DNA from: an uncultured Spirochaetota bacterium
GTDB taxonomy: Bacteria > Spirochaetota > Spirochaetia > SZUA-6 > Fen-1364
Direction of reading: 5' to 3'
Length of the DNA stretch: 64,000 bases
Assembly (NCBI GenBank): GCA_963745235.1
Contig: CAVUXE010000099.1
Coordinates: 32,001-96,000, forward strand
Shown here: piece by piece, positions 10,038 to 18,831 of the stretch
Layout: every line of letters begins with the position of its first letter
How positions within the stretch are numbered: position 1 is the first letter of the stretch
Program-made: the position numbers and the translations under genes
Notes under the pieces: model-generated
Seen by the model: the letters and a program-made list of their open reading frames with translations, nothing else
Databases searched by the model: none
What the model was told of the DNA's origin: nothing

Positions 10038-10574
10038 GTGTGCGCGCGACCTATCAATCGCCATGGTGCAGCGGTGACACGGGGTATCCGTTTCTCGCAC
10101 GCCCGGATCCTGCCCGCGCTGATTCTGGGATCCACCTTGCTCCTGGCAGGCGCCACGCTTCCAGACTCCCAGACTCCGCCGGCTCTCAAGACGGAAAGGG
10201 ACGTGCAGAGCCTTTGTGAGAACGCCCTGTCCCATGTCGTGGAGGGAGACCTGGCGCAAGGTATTGCCACGCTTCGCCCTTATGCCACCAGCATCTCCAA
10301 GGAAGACGTCGACAGCCTGGAAAGCCAGCTCCTGGGCCAGGAGGGGACCATCAAGCAAAGCTACGGAGATGCCATTGGCTACCTGTTGATTTCAAGAGAG
10401 AACCTCAAAGATGCAATCCTCAAGCTCGTATACGTCGTGAAGTACGAGCGGCATCTCATCCGCTGGTCGTTCATATTTTACAAGCCGTACGACTCATGGA
10501 TTCTTGACTACTTCAACTACGACGACGATATCGAGGCCCTGTTCGGACCCAAGACGCCGGCGCCGTCAAAGTAG
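10038..10574 (+). CDS. Exported hypothetical protein
   Basis: Signal-like hydrophobic segment, aromatic C-terminal motif YVVKYERHLIRWSFIFYKP and coding-like composition. Start codon is uncertain. Confidence 0.65.
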   Translation: MCARPINRHGAAVTRGIRFSHARILPALILGSTLLLAGATLPDSQTPPALKTERDVQSLCENALSHVVEGDLAQGIATLRPYATSISKEDVDSLESQLLGQEGTIKQSYGDAIGYLLISRENLKDAILKLVYVVKYERHLIRWSFIFYKPYDSWILDYFNYDDDIEALFGPKTPAPSK

Positions 10575-10630
10575 CGCAAGGGGGGGCGGGCGCCGCGGGG
10601 GCGCCAGGCGCCGTGGCGCCTCACCGTCCG

Positions 10631-13224
10631 TCACCGGGGCTGGAGAGTCAGCCGCTCGGGCCCGGAAGACTCCAGGGCCGCAAAGTCCCACAGGGTGGGA
10701 TGGTATTTCACGGTTGCGCCAGGAATCGATCATGTCATCGTAGTGCCTGTTGCCTGGGTGGCCGCTCTGCCCGGTCGTGTGAATGGTCACGGACTTCGAC
10801 AGGTCTGAAAGATCAATGACCTGCCTCATGGAAGAAACATTCGCCACCTTGAAGGGATCACTTGCCTTCCAATCCGTGCAGAAGACCTGCTGGAAACCAG
10901 CGGCAACGGGAAAGGGCCCCCGGTTGAAAATGCGCTCGATGAGAGGGATTCCCGAGCTCCCGAAGGTCTGATTGCGAAACTCCGCGGTGTGCTCCTTGCC
11001 CCATCGCCATTTTCCCATGTCGGGGCCCTGGGCCTTCGTGCCCATCTTGACCGCTTTCTCCAGCGCCAGCGCGAGGATGTCGTCACGAGTCTCCCGCACA
11101 TTCGGCGTCGCCCGCTGGTCCCACAAGGGGTGGTGGGGGTCCTTGAGCATCATGGAGATTGCGTTCAACTGCCGCGAGTTGTCCTCCAGGACAGCTTCGG
11201 GAACCCACAGAGACTGCGGGATGTTGTCCTTGAAGGTTTTCTCCAACAGGGATTGCCAGAAGTAGGCGTAGACGGCTGCCCCGGCGCTCTGCGTGTCCAT
11301 CCTGTCATTCCAGGCAGTGAGAATGTCCCTGGCTCTCCCTTCGGCACCGGTGAGAGGAAGCCCTTTCAAGTAGGGGATGATTTCCCGGGCAAAGATGTTC
11401 AGCGTATCACCCTGCATGGCCTCCACGTCACCGACCGTTATTTTCGCCTGCGCGCTGGTTATCATGTCGACGATGCGCCGGGCGCGGTAGCCGTAGTCGA
11501 AATCCCGACCTATGAAATACCGGTACGAGGTCGTTGTCACCGGATTATTCGCGGAGGCAACATAACCCTTGGGGGGGTTGTAGGACCAGGGAAGGTCTTC
11601 GAACGGAATGAACCCGGTCCATTCGTAGTCATCAACCCAGCCGGGGGATGGTACGGAGCCGTCCCCTTTTGCCCGGATGGGAACGAGGCCCGGCATCTGG
11701 TAGCCGATGTTTCCGTCAACGTCGGCATATATGAAGTTTTGCGATGGGATGTCCCATAACCGCAGGGCGTCGCGAAACTCCTGGAAGTTCCGCGCCTGGT
11801 CGAGCTTGACCGCGGATTCAAACGTCCTGTTCGGCATGAAGGCCGTCCACTTCAGAGACAGGGCTGAGAGGGAAAGGTTCATGGGGAACTCGCCGTGCGG
11901 ATTGATCGCGAACCCCCGGTATCCCGCGTACGCGCCCTGGTCGGTGATGATGGGGCCGTGGCGGGTCTCACGCGCCAGCAGGATGAACGGCTCATCCCGT
12001 GCGGAACACCTTGATCTCCTCCCGATGGACCTTCATGTCCACCCAGCGGCCGTTGACCTCGTACTGGTCAGGGTTCTGCGGGTTGACGTGCTCGATGTAG
12101 AGCTGCTGCACGTCCGGGTTCGTGTTCGTGACCCCCCAGGCGATCCTGTCGTTATGCCCAATGATGACTCCCGGGTCGCCGGGAAAGGAGAAGCCGCGAA
12201 GATGGAAGGGCCCGCCGGCCGGCTTTCCCATCTGGGCCTCGGGGGCGGAGCAGTACAAGTCCACCTCGTACCAGATGGAGGGCATCTGGATGCCAAGGTG
12301 CGGATCGTTGGCCAGGATTGGCTTGCCGGTGGCGGTGCGGGATCCGGCAATCACCCAGTCGTTGGAGCCGATTCCCGGCCCCGTGCCGAACGCCAGGCTG
12401 CTCCAGGGATCGAAACCACCGACAAGGCGCGTCGATACACCCTTCAACGCGGCCAACTCCGAGAGGTCAGGGGAGAACACGGAGCCGGCCTGGACGCCCA
12501 CTGTCTTTTTCAGCAAAGCCGCCGGCAGCTCGTCGTTCGGCACAATGACCGGCATGCGGTCATAGCGGTAGTCCGCCAGGAAATCCCGGGTCTTCTCGAT
12601 GCCCAGGGACTGTATCAAGTCAACGGTGTACAGCTCCTTTCGCAGGTTAGCGCCGAGGTCAAGCGCCATCAGCTTCAGCCATGTGAGGGAGTTCGCGGGC
12701 TTCCAAGGCTCAACCCTTATAGGAACGCCCTGGAGCCGAAGAAGTGCAAACTCGAGGCCCAGCTGTCGAGGCTTCTTGCCGGCAATGTACGTGTTGACCC
12801 CATCAGCGTAGGCCTGAAGGATGCTCCTGTCCGCCTGGTCCATGGCCGCGTAATCAGCTTCGGCGGCCCGTAAGAAGCCCGCTGTGCGGATGAAAATATC
12901 GACGCCAAGAGTTTTCGCGCCGAAGAGCTCAGAGAGCCTGCCGGACCCGATCCTGCGCCAGAACTCCATCTGCCAGAACCTGTCCTGCGCGGCAACGAAA
13001 CCCTGCGCAAAATACAGGTCGTGCATGTTCGCCGCCCGTATGTGCGGAACGCCGTACCTGTCCCTGAGCACCTGCACGGGGGCCTGCAGCCCCTTCATGG
13101 CAATTGTGCCGCGGGTCTGGGGAAAGGAGCTGCGAAAGAGCCAGGTGACCGCGCCCCCGGAAACAAGAAGCAGAAGGACGATAACGCCGACGATGATGAG
13201 GAGATTTCTAACGATTCTGCTCAT
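10631..13224 (-). CDS. Penicillin acylase family (Ntn hydrolase, peptidase S45), frameshifts near 12000 and 10710
   Basis: Has RDRYGVPHI, AQGFVAAQDRFWQM, GSNDW (nucleophile Ser), LANDPHL, QNFIYADVDGNIGY and GQSGHPGNRHYDD. The corrected C-terminus ends LTLQPR at TGA 10631. Confidence 0.9.
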
Positions 13225-13374
13225 GCCTGCCTTGATAGCTCCCGGGAGGGTCGCAGTCAAGGGCCAGCGGCTCGGACCGCGCTTCGTTTCAGCCCTCCGT
13301 GGTTGCGAGCCAAAGCGATTGGATGACAGTTTCCCACATAAGGAATAACATCATGAGTCCGGAGGAGGCGCCTC

Positions 13375-13773
13375 ATGAGTACCTTCAGTCTGCTCAAGGT
13401 TCGGACCAGCAAAGCCAACCCTGTCGATCCCTCGTCAGCTGACCCCGCTGACACAACGACAATCAGCGCCTTTCTGACCACGCAATCCCTTGCGAACTTC
13501 GCCGCGATGACCGGTGCAATCGGTGCAGCCTGGTATGCGCTGACCAGACTGTCTGCCTTTTTCTCCGGGATCTGGGTGCCATACGCCTTTGCCGGTCTTT
13601 TCGTCATCGTTTCGATCCTGATTTCGCTGGACAGCCTGAAGAACAGCTCCGCGAAATTGGATCTGGGCAAAGTGGTCCCCGCGGTTTTTGTAGGCATCAT
13701 AAACGGGTTGGTTCTTGCAAGCGCCGTGGTGGGTGCCAGCAGTCTCGCCACTGGCAACGCAGTTGGGAGGTAG
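13375..13773 (+). CDS. Small 3-TM membrane protein
   Basis: Strong SD GGAGGAGG and three hydrophobic segments. Confidence 0.7.
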   Translation: MSTFSLLKVRTSKANPVDPSSADPADTTTISAFLTTQSLANFAAMTGAIGAAWYALTRLSAFFSGIWVPYAFAGLFVIVSILISLDSLKNSSAKLDLGKVVPAVFVGIINGLVLASAVVGASSLATGNAVGR

Positions 13774-13800
13774 GTGGCTCTCAGCCGGGCAGGAAGTCTC

Positions 13801-14028
13801 TCAGCTCACGTCCCAGAAAATGCGCATAACCACGACAGAGAGGCCTCCAGCGAGCACGGCCGCGAGAATAGAAAGGAGAATGCCCTCCCCGGGGGCGAGC
13901 CGGAGGTGAAGTGTCGACAAGATGCCGTCAGCCAGGACACCGACGAAAAGCGCCACGACGATTCCGTTCGTGAGGGCGCGGGCGCCGGCCATCTGGGGGC
14001 GCCTCTTGTGCGGACCTTGTACTTTCAT
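13801..14028 (-). CDS. Small 2-TM hypothetical protein
   Basis: 75-aa ORF with two hydrophobic helices. The SD is weak. Confidence 0.45.
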   Translation of the reverse strand: MKVQGPHKRRPQMAGARALTNGIVVALFVGVLADGILSTLHLRLAPGEGILLSILAAVLAGGLSVVVMRIFWDVS

Positions 14029-14136
14029 AATGATGACATCGCGCGAGCTACCTGCCGACGCTGTCCGTTGCGCCGGCGGGTCCGCTGGGTCGGTTCCGCG
14101 TCTTGAGAAGCGATTCTGTCTGGTTGTCCGTCTATG

Positions 14137-14265
14137 CTACAGCGGTGGATTCTGCTGATCCTGCGGAGGAGGATCGTAGGGGCATGCACTTGCGCTGGCC
14201 GCGGCGGCGAACGTAAGCACAACCGCAAGGGCAAAAGCCAGAAGCCATCTATTGATTCGGGACAT
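14137..14265 (-). CDS. 42-aa secreted peptide or small lipoprotein precursor
   Basis: SD GGGAGG precedes the ATG. Sequence is MSRINRWLLAFALAVVLTFAAAASASA|CPYDPPPQDQQNPPL. Confidence 0.6.
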   Translation of the reverse strand: MSRINRWLLAFALAVVLTFAAAASASACPYDPPPQDQQNPPL

Positions 14266-14342
14266 ATGAGCCTCCCGTGAAGAATGCCTGTGAGAAAGGT
14301 AAGACCGCAAGGGTCGGAAGTCAAATGCCGCGGACGGGTCGT

Positions 14343-15488
14343 TTAGAACAAGAGGCCGAACCCGCCTCCCAGAACTGCCTTTTCGCCGCTTATTGTCTGG
14401 CCGACAAGGGGAAAGGCAACGTACAGTGTCAGTGTGACAAACTGAGCGACGCCAGCGAAGATTCCGCCTCCTGCTGAAAGGAGACATCCGGCAGGCGTGT
14501 TTGTCGGATCCTCGAAGTATCCGTTGTAGTATTCCGAGTCAAAAAAGCCGTAGCAACCCGGAACGAAGTCGCCGCACTGGCAGGATGCACGGATTTCGAA
14601 GTTGTTGAGAGCCTTGAAATCAGCACCATAGGATCCCGTTTCGAACCCGCGGACCGTGGAGGCCTCGCTCGTTCGCGGGTACCGTCCTCCGATGCTTTCG
14701 AAAACGTAGATGGGTATGGAGCTTCCGCCCGCGTAATCCACCGAAGCATAGTCAGCGAGGTACAGGCTCGGGCCCTCAGAAGACAGCCCGCATATTGTCC
14801 TGAAAGCTTCTGCTGTCGCATTCAAGCGATAGTAGTCGACTTCGCCGTCGCCGTTGAAAGGCCCGCGCGGCCCATATTCCAACGACGCCTCAACGTACAG
14901 ACCGTCTTGCGCTGGCCCGCTCCCTCTTTTCTCAAGGCAATTGTAATCAGCGCCAAAGAGAGCAGCGTTGCTCATGATTTCGACGCGGTCCGGAAAGGCG
15001 GATTGGAAAACAAGCGGCACGGGAGTACCCGGAGTCTGAAAATTGCGATCGAAATGCAGTCTGTAGAATGCAAACAGTTCCAGGAGATTGCCTGTTTCTG
15101 ACTTGTTCTTGGCGATGCCCAGACGGGCGCCGATATCAGTCCAGAACTCTTCCTGATCGAACGTTGTCGGTGCAACGCTCGAACCGCTGTACGGGCTGCC
15201 GTCGGGGTTTCGGTAGAAATAGTTCAGTTGCCATCCCGCTCCTGCGTCCAGCTCCAAAATGAGATCGGGTTTTGTGGTTTGCTGATGGTCCACGTACGTG
15301 GGATCGAACAAGATGTTCACGCTTATGCCGGAAGGGGGAAGCGGGAAAAAACCACCGATGAGGTACGTGTAAGGGCTCACGTTGGCAAGTGTCAAACAGT
15401 CAGTTGGAGTCGTTGGTTGACCCCATCCTGCGCAAGAGCATACAAAAAACATGAGGGCGGGCAGAACCGTGACCATCACGCTTTTCAT
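14343..15488 (-). CDS. Omp85/BamA-TamA-like outer-membrane beta-barrel, no POTRA domain
   Basis: SD GAGGAG, signal peptide, amphipathic strands, VRGFETGSYG...NNFEIR loop motif and terminal Phe (GFGLLF). Confidence 0.65.
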   Translation of the reverse strand: MKSVMVTVLPALMFFVCSCAGWGQPTTPTDCLTLANVSPYTYLIGGFFPLPPSGISVNILFDPTYVDHQQTTKPDLILELDAGAGWQLNYFYRNPDGSPYSGSSVAPTTFDQEEFWTDIGARLGIAKNKSETGNLLELFAFYRLHFDRNFQTPGTPVPLVFQSAFPDRVEIMSNAALFGADYNCLEKRGSGPAQDGLYVEASLEYGPRGPFNGDGEVDYYRLNATAEAFRTICGLSSEGPSLYLADYASVDYAGGSSIPIYVFESIGGRYPRTSEASTVRGFETGSYGADFKALNNFEIRASCQCGDFVPGCYGFFDSEYYNGYFEDPTNTPAGCLLSAGGGIFAGVAQFVTLTLYVAFPLVGQTISGEKAVLGGGFGLLF

Positions 15489-15554
15489 CCGCGGCTCCTC
15501 CTTGTTTGACGGTAGTGCGGTCAAGGTCTCAAGTCAATGGAACTCTTTCACCTG

Positions 15555-15582
15555 AATAAAAAAGCCTGCAAGACGCAGGCGT
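15555..15582 (-). terminator. Rho-independent terminator
   Basis: Minus strand reads GCCTGC-GTCTT-GCAGGC followed by TTTTTTATT. Confidence 0.75.
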
Positions 15583-15589
15583 TCTTGAA

Positions 15590-15603
15590 ATGGAGGTGGC
15601 GGG
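15590..15603 (-). repeat. att-like direct repeat of the tmRNA 3' end (distal copy)
   Basis: ATGGAGGTGGCGGG is identical to 18831-18844 and in the same orientation. Confidence 0.8.
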
Positions 15604-15651
15604 CGACGCACTCTCGCCACCTCTGAAACTGCACGCGGCCGCGGGGTGCCC

Positions 15652-16152
15652 CTATGACTGCTTGTTTACAAAGTCCGAAATACTGTTCAGGAGCACTTTC
15701 GCATTTTTGTCTCCAGCTTTTTGCAGAATAACGTACTGCTGAACCGCCTTCGCGAGATTGCCGTCCTGCAGAAAGGCTTCCCCGAGATATTCCCGCGCCT
15801 CGGGGAAATTCGGCTTCAGCTTCAGCGCGGCATCATAATAGTCGAACGACTTTTTAACGTCCCCCAATCTTCGCGAGCAGTAGCCCAGCATGTTATACGC
15901 TTCGGCATAGTCGCTTTTCAAAGATATAGCGGTTTTGAAATCCTGGATCGCCTCATCGAAGTGCCCTTTATCCGAGGCGTTGTATCCTACATTGTACCAA
16001 TCCTGCGCGGTCGTCGGCTTCGCCGGCACTGAGACGGTCCCCGAGCTACTCCCGTATCCGCCTCCGCCACCACCTCCTCCTCCCCCTGAGCCTGCCGCGA
16101 ATGCCGAGGTCGCGGCGAACAGCGAGATTATTAAAACGACGGATCGCTTCAT
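15652..16152 (-). CDS. Exported TPR protein with poly-Gly linker
   Basis: SD GGAGGT, signal peptide ending AFA, Gly run, and TPR motifs AEAYNMLGY and PEAREYLGEAFL. Confidence 0.85.
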   Translation of the reverse strand: MKRSVVLIISLFAATSAFAAGSGGGGGGGGGGYGSSSGTVSVPAKPTTAQDWYNVGYNASDKGHFDEAIQDFKTAISLKSDYAEAYNMLGYCSRRLGDVKKSFDYYDAALKLKPNFPEAREYLGEAFLQDGNLAKAVQQYVILQKAGDKNAKVLLNSISDFVNKQS

Positions 16153-16347
16153 GTCGCCTTACCTCCCCAGTCTAATATAATAAAGGGCAGCAGAAGCGGA
16201 AGTGGCCCCTAATCCCAGTTGATGTCGAGTGCCGCGCGGCGATTCCGGATTTGCTCTGCGGTCAGAGGATGCCTCCACAAGCACCCGCGCATTTTCGGAG
16301 GAGGGGATTGAAAGAAAACAGCAAACCCATATCATCAGAAAGTGTCT

Positions 16348-16497
16348 ATGGACAGACATACGAAGAGTGACCTGAAAGAAGTGGTCCGTTTCTTGATCTT
16401 GCTGGCAGTGGTCTTTGTGGTACTCGCTATCATGGCTTTTGTCCTTGGGTTCATCTGGTCGAAAGTGCCAGTTCCAAAAATAGACAGCGGAGAATAA
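16348..16497 (+). CDS. 49-aa single-TM small protein (below the ORF-track cutoff)
   Basis: MDRHTKSDLKEVVRFLILLAVVFVVLAIMAFVLGFIWSKVPVPKIDSGE. No clear SD. Confidence 0.45.
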   Translation: MDRHTKSDLKEVVRFLILLAVVFVVLAIMAFVLGFIWSKVPVPKIDSGE

Positions 16498-16667
16498 CCT
16501 TGGGGCGACTTCTCAAAAAGGCACGGAGGCATGGCTTCGCACACGCTGAAGGGAAATCGTCAGCATGGCAACCTCCCTTCATGGCGTCCAATGGAACCAT
16601 ATCTGTCAAGATAAGGCAGCATTCGTTTGAATGGCGCGACTATCTGCAAAGCTGGTAGACAAGTAGG

Positions 16668-16994
16668 TCACGGGCATGCGCCCTGCGCGCTGGACTTGGC
16701 CCGAGCCGCCGGGATCGCGGGGAAGTCTACAGTCCTCCCGACAAAGCTCAGAATGTGATCCAATTTTGCGAGACCAATATTCTCCGCCTCCCCGGCTCGA
16801 ATGCTTTGAATGGTAGCCGCGGAAACTTTTGCGCATTTCGCGAGCTGTCTTACCGAAAGTCCGTGCTTTTTCATTTCATCAGCGAGGATATCGCTGAGCA
16901 GGTATTCACGAACCTTGGCATCAATTCGCCTGCGCACCTCTGGATCTTTGGCACGCTCAAAGGGACTGATGCGCTCCTTGGTCTTTTTCGGCAT
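16668..16994 (-). CDS. XRE/HTH antitoxin (HigA-like)
   Basis: HTH segment GLSVRQLAKCAKVSAATIQSIRAG. The gene overlaps the toxin 3' end. Confidence 0.8.
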   Translation of the reverse strand: MPKKTKERISPFERAKDPEVRRRIDAKVREYLLSDILADEMKKHGLSVRQLAKCAKVSAATIQSIRAGEAENIGLAKLDHILSFVGRTVDFPAIPAARAKSSAQGACP

Positions 16995-17388
16995 AGTATA
17001 ACCCCTTAGTATTTCGCAAAAAGTAATCGGCGCGATATTCTTTCGCCCTTCTCCTTTCTTTGGGCGGTAACTTATCGCGCTTCTTCTTGAAACCGTGAGT
17101 TAGAATCACGGTTTTCCCTTCCGCATAAAACCACAACAATCGATGTGGCGTGGGCTTGAAAGCAAAGATTTCCTCCCCTTCGTCTCTGACCTTTTGCTCG
17201 TTTAGTGGTTTGCCTTCTCTTTGACGGGTCGCAAAATACTCGAACAAAGCCGTAAGGTCATCTTTTTCTGCCTCATTCAGGCTTTCTTCATAATATTCGC
17301 GCGCCGGGCTGTCACCTCCTTCGTCGAAATACCATTCAAAACGCCAGTCCTCGAACTTATGAGCGAAGCATTCTCTACGGCTAACCAT
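16957..17388 (-). CDS. RelE/ParE-family (HigB/Gp49-like) toxin
   Basis: Has EIFAFKPTPHRLLWFY and VILTHGFKKKRDKLPPKERRRA. Gene order is toxin first. Confidence 0.82.
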   Translation of the reverse strand: MVSRRECFAHKFEDWRFEWYFDEGGDSPAREYYEESLNEAEKDDLTALFEYFATRQREGKPLNEQKVRDEGEEIFAFKPTPHRLLWFYAEGKTVILTHGFKKKRDKLPPKERRRAKEYRADYFLRNTKGLYYAEKDQGAHQSL

Positions 17389-17409
17389 GATAGTGAACTT
17401 CTTGAATGA

Positions 17410-17438
17410 AATGTACCAGAATATTAGTACAGTGTCAA
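17410..17438 (-). promoter_or_regulatory. Sigma70 promoter of the TA operon with overlapping palindromic operator
   Basis: TTGACA-17 nt-TACATT, with inverted repeat TGTAC-N10-GTACA at 17412-17431. Confidence 0.75.
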
Positions 17439-17680
17439 CCGTCCCTCTTTTGTTTCCGTAAAGGTCGCCACAAGGGCGTTTTGCGCGTCTGCCCCGTCCT
17501 GCATGTATTCGAGGGAAAACGCCGAATAGTGTCCTGCCATTTTCGCCGTTTTGTGGCCGTGATTTCCTGCACCACTTCCCCGGCAGCCCCGCGGCCCCTG
17601 GAAATAGGCGTTCGCAAAAATACGCCACGAGTGGAATGTGGTGTTCCTCTCGACGCGTCGAGCCTCATCGATGCCAATCT

Positions 17681-17760
17681 TTCGGCATGGTCGCTCTTCA
17701 AAGAAATGGCAGTTTTGAAATCCTGGATCGCCTCGTCGAGATGCCCTCTATCCGAGGCGC
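17681..17760 (-). pseudogene. Fragment paralogous to the TPR gene (15901-15980)
   Basis: 70 of 80 nt identical by manual alignment. Encodes ASDRGHLDEAIQDFKTAISLKSDHAE. Confidence 0.8.
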
Positions 17761-18006
17761 TTACGCGGCGGAACACTTTGCGCAACCTGTGGGACGGCAA
17801 CACCCGCGGCCAACTGCTTCAGAGCAAGGGCACGCAAGACGACGCGCACCTGCTGGACCCCGCCTCGCAGTAAGGATCGAATTTCAGCCAAATCCTTTGC
17901 TTTTAGACGAACAGGGATGGGTTGACGTGCCATGGGCACAACATAGCCTGAGAGATCCGCATAAGGAAGTCTCCATAGGAAACATTTCAGGCGGTCGAGG
18001 AAGTAG
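17761..18006 (-). mobile_element. IS630-family transposase 5' remnant
   Basis: MARQPIPVRLKAKDLAEIRSLLRGGVQQVRVVLRALALKQLAAG resembles the IS630 N-terminal HTH. It is truncated, with no DDE domain. Confidence 0.55.
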
Positions 18007-18041
18007 CACAAAAAAAAGAGTCTCCGCAGAGGGGCTTCGGC

Positions 18042-18248
18042 TCACTTGGTCTTCTTTGTCCGCGAAGTGAGATCCTTCGGATGCTGCATGTCTGCGACTG
18101 AATCCCTGAGCACCGCAAGCTGCTCAATCACTCCGTCGATCAGACTCTTCAACGCTTGCCGAGTTTTCGGCTTCAATTCCGTTGCTAGCTCGATGAACCG
18201 CTTATGTGACAAGTCCCTCAGCGCCTGGATCGGGTCTACCTCTGACAT
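18042..18248 (-). CDS. Small helical hypothetical protein
   Basis: SD GAGGAGGAG precedes MSEVDPIQALRD. Confidence 0.5.
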   Translation of the reverse strand: MSEVDPIQALRDLSHKRFIELATELKPKTRQALKSLIDGVIEQLAVLRDSVADMQHPKDLTSRTKKTK

Positions 18249-18508
18249 GGGCTCCTCCTCTTGGTCGAAGCCTGCACCCATGCAAGTGAGCTGTCAACCC
18301 ATTCCTGCGCCCTCGGTAAACACGTTTGGCGCATGAGATGTATCTTCGTCGGCATACCATTCTCCGAAGCGATCATCCGTGAAGTCTGGCGCCGCGGCGG
18401 CAGCCGCGCACGCCTTAGGCCGGTTTCATGAAACGTATTTTCGAAGATCGCTTGCCCCATCAGCGGTCATCATCGTCTTCCGACTGCTCCCGAGCTATAC
18501 AATCTAAG

Positions 18509-18577
18509 GTTCTCGTCGCCGGCGCGGACATCAACGCCAAGGACAAAGACGGCGTGACCCCGCTGATGGTTGCAGCG
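18509..18577 (+). pseudogene. Single ankyrin-repeat fragment
   Basis: AGADINAKDKDGVTPLMVAA matches the ankyrin consensus. Confidence 0.7.
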
Positions 18578-18581
18578 GGGC

Positions 18582-18749
18582 CTGTAGCTTGCGACAGTGC
18601 GCGCGGGCCGCGCTCGGCGTGGTCATTCCCGTGTTTCGGGCTGTAATACGCCTGCCGTCCTCGTCTCGGGCCTGGTGGTAGCACACCACTTTGCCCGAAG
18701 GCATCCCGCGGGGAAAGATTGTGAAAGGCTCGTGAAAACGCTCACTCAT
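18582..18749 (-). pseudogene. Tyrosine integrase N-terminal remnant
   Basis: FHEPFTIFPRGMPSGKVVCYHQARDEDGRRITARNTG...AARAHCRKL resembles, from recall, the N-termini of spirochete phage-type integrases. It lies ~80 bp from the tmRNA 3' end. Confidence 0.55.
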
Positions 18750-18831
18750 AGAGCGATCTGCTCGCACTGTTGCTGACAATGACCAATTTTCAATTCAGCT
18801 GACTCCTTGCAGCGAGACGACATAGAACGTA

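Noticed and set aside
14137-16152. RRNPP or agr quorum-sensing cassette (TPR protein plus peptide)
   Set aside because: The TPR protein is exported and lacks an HTH, and no AgrB or histidine kinase is present. The peptide is kept as a separate finding.
16514-16567. 17-codon minus-strand ORF (MLTISLQRVRSHASVPF) with a GGAGG SD
   Set aside because: It is too short and featureless to support, and may be debris in the decayed island.
15901-17760. Diversity-generating retroelement TR/VR pair (80-bp diverged repeat)
   Set aside because: The mismatches are not adenine-specific on either strand, no reverse transcriptase is present, and the repeat is in an N-terminal TPR rather than a C-terminal ligand-binding region.
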